From NCBI GenBank assembly GCA_977020255.1, contig CDROCS010000253.1, forward strand, positions 558,001-622,000: a DNA stretch of 64,000 nucleotides. The letters are read 5' to 3'. This document shows, piece after piece, positions 10,760 to 20,765 of the stretch (positions are counted from its first letter, which is position 1; each line of letters begins with the position of its first letter). Under the pieces are notes generated by a model. The model did not search any database and was not told where the DNA came from. It was given only the letters and a program-made list of their open reading frames with translations. The DNA is from Obrimoposthia wandeli. Lineage: Eukaryota. The position numbers and the translations under genes are program-made.

Positions 10760-11719
10760 ATGTATAAGCCATTGTCTATATTGCAAAAAATACAACATCC
10801 TCTCTTTGATAAATATAACCTTGATGTTCGAGTAAAACGTGATGATTTGCTGCACAACATCATTTCGGGCAATAAATGGCGTAAACTAAAATACAACTTA
10901 GCGCATCTTAAAAATAACGATTACCAAGGTGCACTAACTTTTGGTGGCAGTTACTCAAATCATATTCATGCCTTTGCTTACGCCTGTAAGCAACAGAGTA
11001 TCCCATGCATTGGCGTTATTAGAGGGGAAGCGCGCTATGAGAATAACTTTACTTTACGCTGGGCGAGACACTGGGGCATGCAATGTCATTTTGTCGACAG
11101 AAAAACATACCGTCGCCGTTTTGAGACAGACTTTATCGATGAATTAAAAGCTTTATATCCTAATTACTTTGTTATTCCTGAAGGTGGCAGTAATTCACTT
11201 GCTATACCAGGCGTTGCCGAGGTGTTGACTGAATTAAATAACCAAGTAGATTTCGATACTTTGATCACCCCTGTGGGTAGCGGCGGCACACTAGCTGGTC
11301 TAATCGCAGGAGACAGTGTCGCCAATAACAAACAACATAGGATTTTAGGTATTGCTGTATTAAAACAGGCGGAATATTTAGTTGACGAAATTAAGTGTTT
11401 ACTTACCCATGAAGTTAGAGAGCATGGTAATTGGCAGTTATTAACTAATTTTCACCGCGGTGGTTATGGCAAGTTCAGTGCTGATGATGCCAAACGAATC
11501 ATCACCTTCAACCAACAAACTGGCGTATGCTTTGAGCCGGTATATTCAGGTAAAATGCTCTTAGCTTTTCTTGATTTAATAATACAAGGTTATTTTAAGC
11601 AGCAAGAGCGTATTGTTTTATTGCACACGGGTGGGTTACAAGGACTAGGTGGTATGATTGAACAAAAGCGGCTAGATGCTAAAGACTGGCCATCATTGCC
11701 TAAATTTGGCAATGAATAG
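10760..11719 (+). CDS. PLP-dependent D-cysteine desulfhydrase / ACC-deaminase family protein
   Basis: KRDD, GNKWRK (PLP Lys), GGSYSNH, PEGG, GSGGTLAG, PVYSGK, HTGG. Confidence 0.85.
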   Translation: MYKPLSILQKIQHPLFDKYNLDVRVKRDDLLHNIISGNKWRKLKYNLAHLKNNDYQGALTFGGSYSNHIHAFAYACKQQSIPCIGVIRGEARYENNFTLRWARHWGMQCHFVDRKTYRRRFETDFIDELKALYPNYFVIPEGGSNSLAIPGVAEVLTELNNQVDFDTLITPVGSGGTLAGLIAGDSVANNKQHRILGIAVLKQAEYLVDEIKCLLTHEVREHGNWQLLTNFHRGGYGKFSADDAKRIITFNQQTGVCFEPVYSGKMLLAFLDLIIQGYFKQQERIVLLHTGGLQGLGGMIEQKRLDAKDWPSLPKFGNE

Positions 11720-11724
11720 CCCTT

Positions 11725-11775
11725 TAGACCCATGTCACCTCAAGATGCAGGATTCAGCTGAAATTAGAAACGCCT
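11725..11775. repeat. Truncated end of an ERIC-like miniature inverted-repeat element
   Basis: TAGACCCATGTCACCTCAAGATGCAGGATTCAGC. 11742-11758 is an exact 17-nt reverse-complement match to 49165-49181, and it shares CAAGATGCAG with the terminal repeat at 59005. Confidence 0.65.
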
Positions 11776-11801
11776 TCAGCGCTTAGACAGTAAAAACGGA
11801 G

Positions 11802-12557
11802 CTAAAACTTTAACTGATAGCGGCCTTGGTTATCTGGTCGGCCAAGAAAAGATAGTGAGGATTTCAGTTGAGAGGGAAACTTAGCGCCGGGCTTTAAATA
11901 GCCTTTTCCTGATATTTTTTGAGTGGCTAAAACTAAGACACCATCAAAGCTCAAACCTAAATTATTCTTAGGAGATACTTTGGCTAACAAATTACCTTGA
12001 TCACAGCTTATCTTGGTTGCAAATTTACCTAGCTTTATATTTTGCTCTAAAGCAACCACACCAGCACGCGACCAAGTCACATCACCTTCAGCTTTTGAAC
12101 ATGATAATTGCTTACCTGTCACTATAACTAGCTCTGACAAAGATAACTCGACATTTCCTTGAGCGCTAAGGGGAATAGGTAATGGCAACTGCTGTGCAAT
12201 ATCATTCGCTGATATATAGAGCTCTACCTCAGTTAATACAAACTGCTCAGAGGAAACGGTCAGATTAAGTTTCCCTTCAGGACCCGACAGCATGGCATCA
12301 CCAAAAGTAACATCAATACTTGGAGAAAAGCTGAGTAGTGACCAAAAACTCACCACTGTTGTTACTTTTTCAATAGCATTATTATTTATTGTTACTCGTG
12401 CAATTTCACCTTGCCAAATAGATCCTGAAACACCATCGAATACTATATTTTTAGGGTAGGTAATATTATTGATTACCAGCGCTAGCGGCGTATTTGCGAC
12501 TAAAAATGCGATATAGCTAGTTAAAAAAATTGCCGTAAAGGCAAACCACTTCTTCAT
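11802..12557 (-). CDS. gspN: Type II secretion protein N
   Basis: N-terminal TM, GVSGSIWQG motif; last gene of the gsp operon. Confidence 0.88.
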   Translation of the reverse strand: MKKWFAFTAIFLTSYIAFLVANTPLALVINNITYPKNIVFDGVSGSIWQGEIARVTINNNAIEKVTTVVSFWSLLSFSPSIDVTFGDAMLSGPEGKLNLTVSSEQFVLTEVELYISANDIAQQLPLPIPLSAQGNVELSLSELVIVTGKQLSCSKAEGDVTWSRAGVVALEQNIKLGKFATKISCDQGNLLAKVSPKNNLGLSFDGVLVLATQKISGKGYLKPGAKFPSQLKSSLSFLGRPDNQGRYQLKF

Positions 12558-12644
12558 GAATACTCTCTGTTTTGCTTTTGTTATTACTAGCCAGCTAAAT
12601 TACTGCCATTACGTTGTAGGCATGGCGTTCAGATATAATGACTC

Positions 12645-13115
12645 TTATGTTTTTGCTAAGTGCAGACGACGCACTTTTACTTCGCCGACTTTATCACCTT
12701 GAGTTAAATCAATGGCTTTAACTTGCAAGCCTTCATTATTGGCTAAGTGCTCTAGCCAAAACAATAGTTGAGTAAAAGGCGTGCTATCTATCCATACTTG
12801 TAATTCATCCCCCTGGGGCTGCATACGCGTAATGGTTAATTTATAGGTTTTTGCACTTCGATTAGCTACACTTGAAATGCTACCACTGAGCTTTGATTTA
12901 CCACCAGAGCGCTTAGCTTGCTGATACAAAGCGGTGTTTTCTTGCACCCAAGTTAACAACTGCTGTTGTCTAACCAACTTACGATTAGCTTCAACAAGAC
13001 TATTATTTAACGGTTGCCAAATAGCGCTATAAAAAATAAAGACGATAAAAACTAATGTCATCACCGAAACAAGACGCTGTTCTCTGCTGTTTAGTTGTTG
13101 CCACCAGACTTTCAT
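12645..13115 (-). CDS. gspM: Type II secretion protein M
   Basis: WWQQLNSREQRLV + TM, RMQPQG..LQVWI motif. Confidence 0.92.
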   Translation of the reverse strand: MKVWWQQLNSREQRLVSVMTLVFIVFIFYSAIWQPLNNSLVEANRKLVRQQQLLTWVQENTALYQQAKRSGGKSKLSGSISSVANRSAKTYKLTITRMQPQGDELQVWIDSTPFTQLLFWLEHLANNEGLQVKAIDLTQGDKVGEVKVRRLHLAKT

Positions 13116-14461
13116 TATGATGCTTCCTTATTACTGCTATTACTTCGTTGCTTGGCTGAGCCTTTTTTGGTTGCCTTATTACTTCCTTGATTAATAATAC
13201 TGAAGGAGCCTGTCACTTGATCACCTTGATTACTTTGCGAACCTTGCTTAACGGTCAAATTAGCTGCCGCTAATGCAACACTAAACTGTTCAAAAGCTTG
13301 ATAATCTTTTGCTGTTGCTTGAATACGTAATTCTTGTCGCTTACCATCAAACTTTAATGACTCTGGTTTTAATGCAGGTACTTTAGCAAAAGCTGGTTGT
13401 AATTTAGCAAGCATGGCCAAAAAACCTTGCTTATTACCGATGCCACCTAGTAAGGCTAACTCTCGATTCAATTGGGATTTTATTGTTGAAACTCGTACGC
13501 GTTTTGTTTTTGGAAAGGCTTTTTTATAACTGGTAACAATGTTTTCTTTAACCCTTTCTTGCTCTGCATTTAGCTGCCATAGTTGTGTACTTTTATGCCC
13601 TAAACTAAGCAGGAGAGCAAATATAGCAACACCTGCAACCCACAACCATTGTCGCCCGGCATGACTACGGTTTTCTTTAATCTTGTATTGACCTTGCAGT
13701 AAATTAAAGTGATTTAGCTTACTGCCATAATTGGTCGCCATTAGCGCTAGCGGTAACTCTTCTGGCATCGCTTTTACTGCTAATTTTTCACTATGTTCTA
13801 AGTTTGAATAGGCTTCAATGTTGGCACTGTTGAGCTGTTCATTTTCGTTATAGCCTTCATCGTGCTCAGCGGCCTCTGTAGAAAAGGCCTGACATTGTAA
13901 TTGCCATACTTTGGCATCTACAGTAAAACCTTGCCAAGTATTTTGACGCACAATAACTTGCTGTTGATTTGCATCACCAAGAGAAATTGCGCTCCACCCT
14001 TCTTTAGTAAATGGCATAGCCAATACATCAGGTAAAATACATTTAGTATATATCTCAGCATCTGCCAACCATGACAACCATTGTTGCATCTGATCATGAG
14101 CAACAATGGCGGTAAAACAATTATTTCCCCGTTCATCGCTAGCTAAATCAGCATAAGCAAAAAATAACTGCTCAACGTCTTCTGCCAAGCTATCTTCTAA
14201 CATATACGGCGCCGCTAAGCGTATTGCTCTGGATGATTTTGCTGGCACTTTTAACGACTTTAACAGCACATCACAACCAGGGACTAATATTTTTACCTGC
14301 CGTTTCTCAGCTTTGCTAGTAAGCTCACTGAGTTGCTGAGCATCTTTGAGCTCACCGCTGGCTATGATTTCTTGCGCATTGCTACTAGTTTCAACCACGA
14401 TCAACCAATGAACAATATCGTGTGCTTGACTTCCTAGACGGATGAATAATATTTCTGTCAC
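13115..14461 (-). CDS. gspL: Type II secretion protein L
   Basis: ILFIRLG start, PYMLEDSLAEDVEQLFFA, FNLLQG + TM, LKFDGKRQELRIQA. Confidence 0.93.
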   Translation of the reverse strand: MTEILFIRLGSQAHDIVHWLIVVETSSNAQEIIASGELKDAQQLSELTSKAEKRQVKILVPGCDVLLKSLKVPAKSSRAIRLAAPYMLEDSLAEDVEQLFFAYADLASDERGNNCFTAIVAHDQMQQWLSWLADAEIYTKCILPDVLAMPFTKEGWSAISLGDANQQQVIVRQNTWQGFTVDAKVWQLQCQAFSTEAAEHDEGYNENEQLNSANIEAYSNLEHSEKLAVKAMPEELPLALMATNYGSKLNHFNLLQGQYKIKENRSHAGRQWLWVAGVAIFALLLSLGHKSTQLWQLNAEQERVKENIVTSYKKAFPKTKRVRVSTIKSQLNRELALLGGIGNKQGFLAMLAKLQPAFAKVPALKPESLKFDGKRQELRIQATAKDYQAFEQFSVALAAANLTVKQGSQSNQGDQVTGSFSIINQGSNKATKKGSAKQRSNSSNKEAS

Positions 14462-15567
14462 TAATTACGCCCTATAGTACGACTAATTACTTGAATTTGT
14501 TGTGTATCATTAACTTTCATTATTGAACTCATAGAAAAATAGCTATTATTAAAACGCGCACTGGCTTTTAATTTAAAATATTCGCTATCAATCACGAACT
14601 GTGCTTTTTGCCACTTTTCCATCGTAACGTTACTTAATTCAGGCAGCTGATAAAAATCGTTTACATTGTCATAACCTGAACTGTCACGTGCGCTAAGGAT
14701 TTCCTGTGCAGCCTCTAAACTTGAATCAAGCAAAGCTTGCAATAACTCAGGTTTTTCTGCCTCGAGTGTATTGATGTTTATTAAATGCTGAGCATTTTGT
14801 GGTAATACGCATACATATGGCGTCAATGCTAAGATAACTTCAGGGGTAAAGTGTTCAATTAATCTTAATTCATTAACACTACCTAAATAACTATTAGCCG
14901 CAAGATAAGGAAACTCACGCGACGCATAGTCATTATCCTCCGCGCCACCTGCACCCGTTATCATATCATTACTATCTAACCAATCGGTTAGCGCATTAAC
15001 CATAGCTTCGGCTTCAAAATTGCCAATGCCTTCAATAGCTAAGTTGATGATAAGTCCTTCTAACACGGTTGCGGCTGGCAACTGTTTATCACTACCTGAT
15101 TTACTTGATGAAGCTGTAGCACTATCCTTTTTGCTCTTAGATTTTGATGAACCTGGAGTCTTTGCCGAGGGACTATCAGCAGTCTCAGCTTTTGTTTTTG
15201 CGGTAGGGTGTAATGCATTAAGATTCAAACAACTTTGTAAATCGGTTATTTCAGCACTTATTTCGCCAAAATCAACTGGAAAAGTAATACCTTTTTCAGC
15301 CCATATTTGTTCAAGATGAGTCACTTCGGGCTCATCTTTAAACGCTTTAATTAACACACGTTTGGCAAATTCCTCCGCGCCCAAAGCATACCAATAGGCT
15401 TGCTGATTAAAACTGATGTTAGTACTACGCTGCATTTGTGTTTGTAATCGAGTCGTCATTTGCGCCGCAATAATGGATGCTAGCGCAACAATAAGCATTA
15501 CGGTAATTAAGGCGACACCTCGCTGACCTGTTCGATTAAAATTGAGTGATGTGAGTTTAATAACCAT
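14461..15567 (-). CDS. gspK: Type II secretion minor pseudopilin K
   Basis: QRG|VALITVMLIV, QQAYWYALGAE, DLQSCLNLN, DWLD, ININT. Confidence 0.93.
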   Translation of the reverse strand: MVIKLTSLNFNRTGQRGVALITVMLIVALASIIAAQMTTRLQTQMQRSTNISFNQQAYWYALGAEEFAKRVLIKAFKDEPEVTHLEQIWAEKGITFPVDFGEISAEITDLQSCLNLNALHPTAKTKAETADSPSAKTPGSSKSKSKKDSATASSSKSGSDKQLPAATVLEGLIINLAIEGIGNFEAEAMVNALTDWLDSNDMITGAGGAEDNDYASREFPYLAANSYLGSVNELRLIEHFTPEVILALTPYVCVLPQNAQHLININTLEAEKPELLQALLDSSLEAAQEILSARDSSGYDNVNDFYQLPELSNVTMEKWQKAQFVIDSEYFKLKASARFNNSYFSMSSIMKVNDTQQIQVISRTIGRN

Positions 15568-15570
15568 AAG

Positions 15571-16230
15571 TTAGGTCTTACTCTTATCATCAGCAGCAAG
15601 ATCACCAGCGATTAAAAATTGACGACGAATTAAGCCATAATCTTCTGTTTCAATTTCAATGGCAATCGCTTGCGGTAAAGTTTGCCCAGACCATTTTTTT
15701 TGCCACTTGTTACCATCATAAAATTCAAACGCTAAACTAGTTACTTGCGTAATTAAGGGTCTTATTCTTGGCTCTTGACCTACAACTGCATCGACAAAAT
15801 TATAATGTAAACGCTCTAGGGTTTCATCAACGAGTCGATAAGCTACGCTTTGTATATCGCTGCGCGGCAGTAATAGTCCTGGATTAGTCCAACCATTTCG
15901 CACAAAGGCGATAGCCTGCTCATCCGCTAAAAAACTATCATCTGAGGTTTGTAAAAAACGTTTACTCGGCTCTTCGCCATTCACACGCATAGAGCGTTTA
16001 GCTATTTGGGTAAAATCTCGTTCCATTAATAAAAAGGCACGTTGTAATTCATTTTGTCTTTCACTTCGAAGCTTTGAATTTTCATCACCACGTAAGACGG
16101 TATCAAAAATGGTAAAGCTGGCCAAACTTACCACTGAAAATATCGCAATAGCGATCAGTACTTCGAGTAAGGTAAAACCTTTTTGAGCGGGTCTACCTAC
16201 AGTATGAATCTTATTAATACTTACTTTCAT
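15571..16230 (-). CDS. gspJ: Type II secretion minor pseudopilin J
   Basis: QKG|FTLLEVLIAIAIF, GWTNP...RS..Q.VAYRL. Confidence 0.93.
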   Translation of the reverse strand: MKVSINKIHTVGRPAQKGFTLLEVLIAIAIFSVVSLASFTIFDTVLRGDENSKLRSERQNELQRAFLLMERDFTQIAKRSMRVNGEEPSKRFLQTSDDSFLADEQAIAFVRNGWTNPGLLLPRSDIQSVAYRLVDETLERLHYNFVDAVVGQEPRIRPLITQVTSLAFEFYDGNKWQKKWSGQTLPQAIAIEIETEDYGLIRRQFLIAGDLAADDKSKT

Positions 16231-16613
16231 CAGGGTTTATCCTGAGCGAGGTAAGTCATTAAACTAGCACTCACTAACTCATCGTCTTCGTTTAATCGCA
16301 CTTGCATATCAACAGCTCGTAGTTCCTTATTCGCTGTTTTAATAACCTTCTGCTGCCAATACCAAGTTCTGCCCGCCATCTCAACTTTGCCTTTACGGTT
16401 ATTTTTCGGTGGCCAATTTTTATCTAAACGCACGCTAACAAGTTGATTAGATGCGACCCAATTAGCAAACATCTGCTCTTCTAAATGGCTAATATGGCGA
16501 TAATTATTATCGGCAACACCAAGCAGTGCCACGCCAGCGATAGCAAAAACGGCCATGGCTAACATGACTTCAATCAGGGTAAATCCACGCTGCTTGCTCA
16601 AGTTAATTATCAT
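16230..16613 (-). CDS. gspI: Type II secretion minor pseudopilin I
   Basis: QRG|FTLIEVMLAMAVFA, A.WVA.NQL, EMAGRTWYW. Start probably ATG 16613 rather than 16631. Confidence 0.9.
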   Translation of the reverse strand: MIINLSKQRGFTLIEVMLAMAVFAIAGVALLGVADNNYRHISHLEEQMFANWVASNQLVSVRLDKNWPPKNNRKGKVEMAGRTWYWQQKVIKTANKELRAVDMQVRLNEDDELVSASLMTYLAQDKP

Positions 16614-17235
16614 CAAGCACAGGTCCCTCAATCGTTAATGGCACATTGTATAAACCGGTAACGCGATAAGCTAAATTTTCCGCCCCTTCAATAGTTGCCA
16701 GCTCTTGTGTTAAACGAAAAGTGACACTAAAAGGGCTAAGGTCGCCCCCAGAGAGAATATAGACTTGCGGGATTATTTTTTTCTCTTGCTCTTCTTTTGA
16801 GAGCAAGGTGAAATCGTCTTCATCTTTTTCTTTAAAAGTATCAGCATCAAAGAGCATTGGCTCTTCAATGGGTAAATCATCTAGTTCTATACTTAGCTCT
16901 ATTTCTTCAGATAACGTGACATTGGCTTGCCAATCTTGTTCAGGAATTTCAGCCCATTTTGTGCCGTCATAACCAACAAACTGATAGCTATCTTTTTTAA
17001 CAATTAACCCTAATTCAATATTATTAAGCATGCCATATTCAGCAGCCACTTCAAAAATCGCAGCAAAACGAGCACTCTCATGCTGTAACTTGTCCTCAGG
17101 GTTATTACCGGAAAAGTTAAATTGCACCAAGCTGGCCATAAGACCAATCAGCACTACCACCACCATCACCTCAATTAAGGTGAAGCCGCGATTTTTGCTT
17201 ACCGGTCTTGCTGAAGTTGAATGTTTAAGGTTCAT
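16603..17235 (-). CDS. gspH: Type II secretion minor pseudopilin H
   Basis: NRG|FTLIEVMVVVVLIG, PQVYILSGGDLSPF. Start moved from 17340 to ATG 17235. Confidence 0.9.
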   Translation of the reverse strand: MNLKHSTSARPVSKNRGFTLIEVMVVVVLIGLMASLVQFNFSGNNPEDKLQHESARFAAIFEVAAEYGMLNNIELGLIVKKDSYQFVGYDGTKWAEIPEQDWQANVTLSEEIELSIELDDLPIEEPMLFDADTFKEKDEDDFTLLSKEEQEKKIIPQVYILSGGDLSPFSVTFRLTQELATIEGAENLAYRVTGLYNVPLTIEGPVLDDN

Positions 17236-17430
17236 AATAAAATAACAATGGTTGAAGTATCTTTCACATATTTTACATAATGGTGTTAAAACCAATTTCA
17301 GGTCAAAAGGATAAAGGTTGAGCTTGAAGCGGTAAGGCATAATTTACAGGAAAAGGCACGGAGTTGACGCTAGTCAATGAGTACCTTTGACGCATAAATT
17401 AAGCTTTACAGCAAAAAGATCGGCCTTTAT

Positions 17431-17862
17431 TTATTGGAAATCGCCTAAATTCCAGTTGCCAATATCATCTTCTGTACCGGCTTCGCCATCTGGTCCGACT
17501 GAAAAGACATCCATTTTACTCTGCTCGCCTGGATTCAATAAAACATACTCATTGCCCCAAGGATCTTTTGGTAAACGTTTAATATAACCATCTTCAGGAA
17601 AACGGCGTGGTTCTGGCTCAATATCTGTTTGATCAACTAACGCCTCTAAACCTTGCTCTGTCGTTGGATAATCGTAATTATCCATCTTATATAAACTCAA
17701 AGACGTCTCTAGTGCAGTAACATCTGATATGGCTTTCTGCATATTAGCGCGCTCTTGGCTACCCATTAAATTAGGTACAACCATACTGGCTAAAATACCT
17801 AAAATAACAATGACCACCATCACTTCTAATAAAGTGAAACCTTGTACTTTTTTCATGTTCAT
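17431..17862 (-). CDS. gspG: Type II secretion major pseudopilin G
   Basis: QG|FTLLEVMVVIVILGILASMVVPN, YPTTEQGLEALV, LPKDPWGNEY, DDIGNW. Confidence 0.97.
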   Translation of the reverse strand: MNMKKVQGFTLLEVMVVIVILGILASMVVPNLMGSQERANMQKAISDVTALETSLSLYKMDNYDYPTTEQGLEALVDQTDIEPEPRRFPEDGYIKRLPKDPWGNEYVLLNPGEQSKMDVFSVGPDGEAGTEDDIGNWNLGDFQ

Positions 17863-17920
17863 AGTGTTTTCCTAACGTCTGATAAATTAATGTAAAAAGA
17901 ATAAAATTGTCAAATGGGTT

Positions 17921-19162
17921 CTAACCACCCACTAGGCTATTAAGTTGTAAAATAGGTTCTAAAATTGCCATCACGATAAAGAGTACCACTCCCGCCATGC
18001 AGACCATAAGCGCTGGTTCAAATGCTTTTAATGAAATACTCACTAACGCGTCAAATTCTCTATCCTGGTTATCTGCCGCACGGCCTAACATATGTTCTAA
18101 TTGACCACTTTTTTCGCCACTAGCAATCATGTGCAACATCATCGGTGGAAACAACTTAGTTTGCTCTAACGACACACGTAAACTCGAACCTTCACGTACC
18201 TTATCGGTAGACGCTTTCACTTGTTTTTTAATATATAAGTTATCGAGTACCTCCCCTGAGATTTTCATACTTTCTAACAAGGGCACAGCACTGGCTGTTA
18301 ATATACTGAGTGTTCGGGCAAAGCGAGCCGTATTAATGCCTCTCGCTACTTTACCAATACCAGGTATTTGTAATAAGTACTGATGAAAAGCCATTTCAAA
18401 ATGGGGCTTTTTCAATAACTGTGAAAACAACAACACCACTGCAGCAAATAGTATTACCAGCACTAGACCATAATCACGAAGAAAATCACTACTGGCAATC
18501 AAAAATTGGGTAGTACCGGGTAAATTCTCACCCATGTGTTCAAACTGACCGACAATTTTTGGTACGACAGCCGTTAACAAAATAGCAATTACGCCAACAG
18601 CAACGACCGTCATTATAATTGGGTAAACAAGAGCTTGGATAAGTTGTGAACGCATCTGTTGACGTTTCTCGGTATAATCCGCCAAACGATTAAGTACTTT
18701 ATCAAGGTGACCTGATTTTTCGCCTGCTGCAACCATTGCTCGATACAAGCGATTAAAAGCTTTAGGATATTCCGCCATGCTTTCAGATAAACCGTAGCCT
18801 TCAGTCACTTTAGTGCGAACGCCCATGATCATACTTTTAATACGGTTTTTTTCACATTGCTCTGCAACCGCAATTAACGACTCTTCTAGCGGTAGTCCTG
18901 ATTCAATTAAGGTTGCCAGTTGGCGTGTGATAAGTGCTAACTCTGCTGCAGAAACTTTTCCGCCACTACTTTGGCTAAAACTAGCCGATAAGCCCTTTTT
19001 ATCATTCGATTTTTTGTTATTAGCTAGTGTTGCAGTAACTTCGGTCGGCATTAAACCTTGCTCGCGCAATAAACCACGCACTTGCCTAGCCGTATCGCCT
19101 TCGATAACACCTTTTTTTATTTTACCGCGGCTATCTACCGCTTGATATTCAAATGCTGCCAT
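17921..19162 (-). CDS. gspF: Type II secretion inner-membrane platform F
   Basis: MAAFEYQA, AGEKSGHLD, SGEKSGQLE motifs. Confidence 0.96.
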   Translation of the reverse strand: MAAFEYQAVDSRGKIKKGVIEGDTARQVRGLLREQGLMPTEVTATLANNKKSNDKKGLSASFSQSSGGKVSAAELALITRQLATLIESGLPLEESLIAVAEQCEKNRIKSMIMGVRTKVTEGYGLSESMAEYPKAFNRLYRAMVAAGEKSGHLDKVLNRLADYTEKRQQMRSQLIQALVYPIIMTVVAVGVIAILLTAVVPKIVGQFEHMGENLPGTTQFLIASSDFLRDYGLVLVILFAAVVLLFSQLLKKPHFEMAFHQYLLQIPGIGKVARGINTARFARTLSILTASAVPLLESMKISGEVLDNLYIKKQVKASTDKVREGSSLRVSLEQTKLFPPMMLHMIASGEKSGQLEHMLGRAADNQDREFDALVSISLKAFEPALMVCMAGVVLFIVMAILEPILQLNSLVGG

Positions 19163-19165
19163 AAA

Positions 19166-19204
19166 TGCTTATATTCAGTGCTTATATTAGTTGTTTATAT
19201 TGAG
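19166..19204. repeat. Three imperfect 13-bp tandem repeats directly upstream of the gspF start
   Basis: TGCTTATATTCAG / TGCTTATATTAGT / TGTTTATATTGAG, read directly from the sequence. Confidence 0.75.
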
Positions 19205-19235
19205 TCTATTGGGCTCATAATGAATAATTACTTTT

Positions 19236-20765
19236 TTAATCTTCACGAGTAACTCGCAAGACCTCTTCCAAAGTGGTTTGCCCTAACATGACTTTATCAA
19301 AACCATCTCGGCGAATACTGGCACTGGAATGTCGTACGTATTTTTCAATAGCTTGTTCACCTTGACCGTTATGAATAAGTTCACGTACTTTTTCATCAAC
19401 GGGTAATAATTCATGAATGCCCACTCGGCCTCGATAACCTTTAAAGCTACATTCAGTACAACCAACAGCCCGATAAATTACTGATTCATTATCATCAGGC
19501 AATGCTAATAATTGTCTTTCTTCTTCATCAGGCAAGTGACTTGCACGGCAATGTGGGCAGAGAGTACGTACGAGACGCTGCGCTAAAACGCCTAATAAAC
19601 TTGATGACAGTAAGAAAGGTTCTACCCCCATATCTTCCATACGCGTTATTGCGCCCGCGGCAGTATTGGTATGTAACGTAGATAAAACCAAATGTCCCGT
19701 TAAACTTGCCTGCACAGCAATTTGTGCCGTCTCTAAATCTCGAATCTCACCGACCATCACTACATCAGGATCTTGACGTAAAATGGCACGTAAACCACGC
19801 GCAAAAGTCATGTCCACTTTTGTATTAACTTGGGTTTGTCCTATACCTTCAATCGCATATTCTATCGGGTCTTCGCAGGTTAAAATATTACGTTCTTTCT
19901 CATCTATCTGCGTCAATCCTGCATACAGCGTGGTACTTTTACCTGAGCCAGTAGGGCCTGTAACTAAGATAATGCCATGAGGCTTTTCGATAAGTGCGGA
20001 AAAATTAACACGGTTAGTGTCGGTCATACCTAAATGTTTTAAATCTAAACGGGCTGCGTTTTTATCTAATAAACGTAATACCACACGTTCGCCATGACCT
20101 GTTGGCATAGTCGATACACGCACATCAACGGCACGTCCACCTATACGCAACGAAATACGACCATCTTGTGGAATACGTTTTTCCGCTATGTCGAGCTTTG
20201 CCATGACTTTAATGCGAGAAACGAGTAAGGATGCAAGTTTTCGATTAGGCTTAAGTACTTCTCGCAACACGCCATCAACACGAAAACGTATTTGTAAGGT
20301 ATTTTCAAAAGTTTCAATATGAATATCCGAAGCTCTTTCTTTGATGGCTTCGCTAAGCATGGCATTGATCAATTTAATGATTGGCGCATCATCTTCATTT
20401 TCAAGTAAATCTTCACTTTCAATGAGTTCATCGGCCAGTGAGTATAAATCAACTTCATTGCCAATATCTTCCATCATTTGCTGCGCTTCAGAAGAGTCTC
20501 TTTGATAAGCTTGCGTTAGTAATAATTCGAAAGCGGGCAGCTGTAAAAAATCAAAGGAAAAAGGTGCTTTGAGTATGCGACGAACTTCTAAAATAATATC
20601 AAAATTAACATCATCCAGGCAGTGTAAAATGTAATCTCCGCTTTGTTCATCGGTAGAAACTAAAACACTGTGGCGTTTAGCAAACGCAAACGGCAATAAC
20701 CAAGTACTATTCACTGGTACTTGCTCTGCCTCATCAATAGCAGTTACTTCAACCTCGCCAGCCAT
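19236..20765 (-). CDS. gspE: Type II secretion ATPase E
   Basis: [43 protein letters not shown]. Confidence 0.97.
   Translation of the reverse strand: MAGEVEVTAIDEAEQVPVNSTWLLPFAFAKRHSVLVSTDEQSGDYILHCLDDVNFDIILEVRRILKAPFSFDFLQLPAFELLLTQAYQRDSSEAQQMMEDIGNEVDLYSLADELIESEDLLENEDDAPIIKLINAMLSEAIKERASDIHIETFENTLQIRFRVDGVLREVLKPNRKLASLLVSRIKVMAKLDIAEKRIPQDGRISLRIGGRAVDVRVSTMPTGHGERVVLRLLDKNAARLDLKHLGMTDTNRVNFSALIEKPHGIILVTGPTGSGKSTTLYAGLTQIDEKERNILTCEDPIEYAIEGIGQTQVNTKVDMTFARGLRAILRQDPDVVMVGEIRDLETAQIAVQASLTGHLVLSTLHTNTAAGAITRMEDMGVEPFLLSSSLLGVLAQRLVRTLCPHCRASHLPDEEERQLLALPDDNESVIYRAVGCTECSFKGYRGRVGIHELLPVDEKVRELIHNGQGEQAIEKYVRHSSASIRRDGFDKVMLGQTTLEEVLRVTRED

Noticed and set aside
10760-11719. Calling this gene ACC deaminase (acdS)
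   Set aside because: It has PVYSGK and HTGG. True ACC deaminases have Glu (PVYEGK) and Leu (HLGG) at these positions, so it is more like D-cysteine desulfhydrase.
15070-15215. Ser/Lys-rich insertion in GspK (and basic tails of GspL and RNase R)
   Set aside because: These are variable disordered loops or tails; such regions are common in these families and nothing suggests a separate function.
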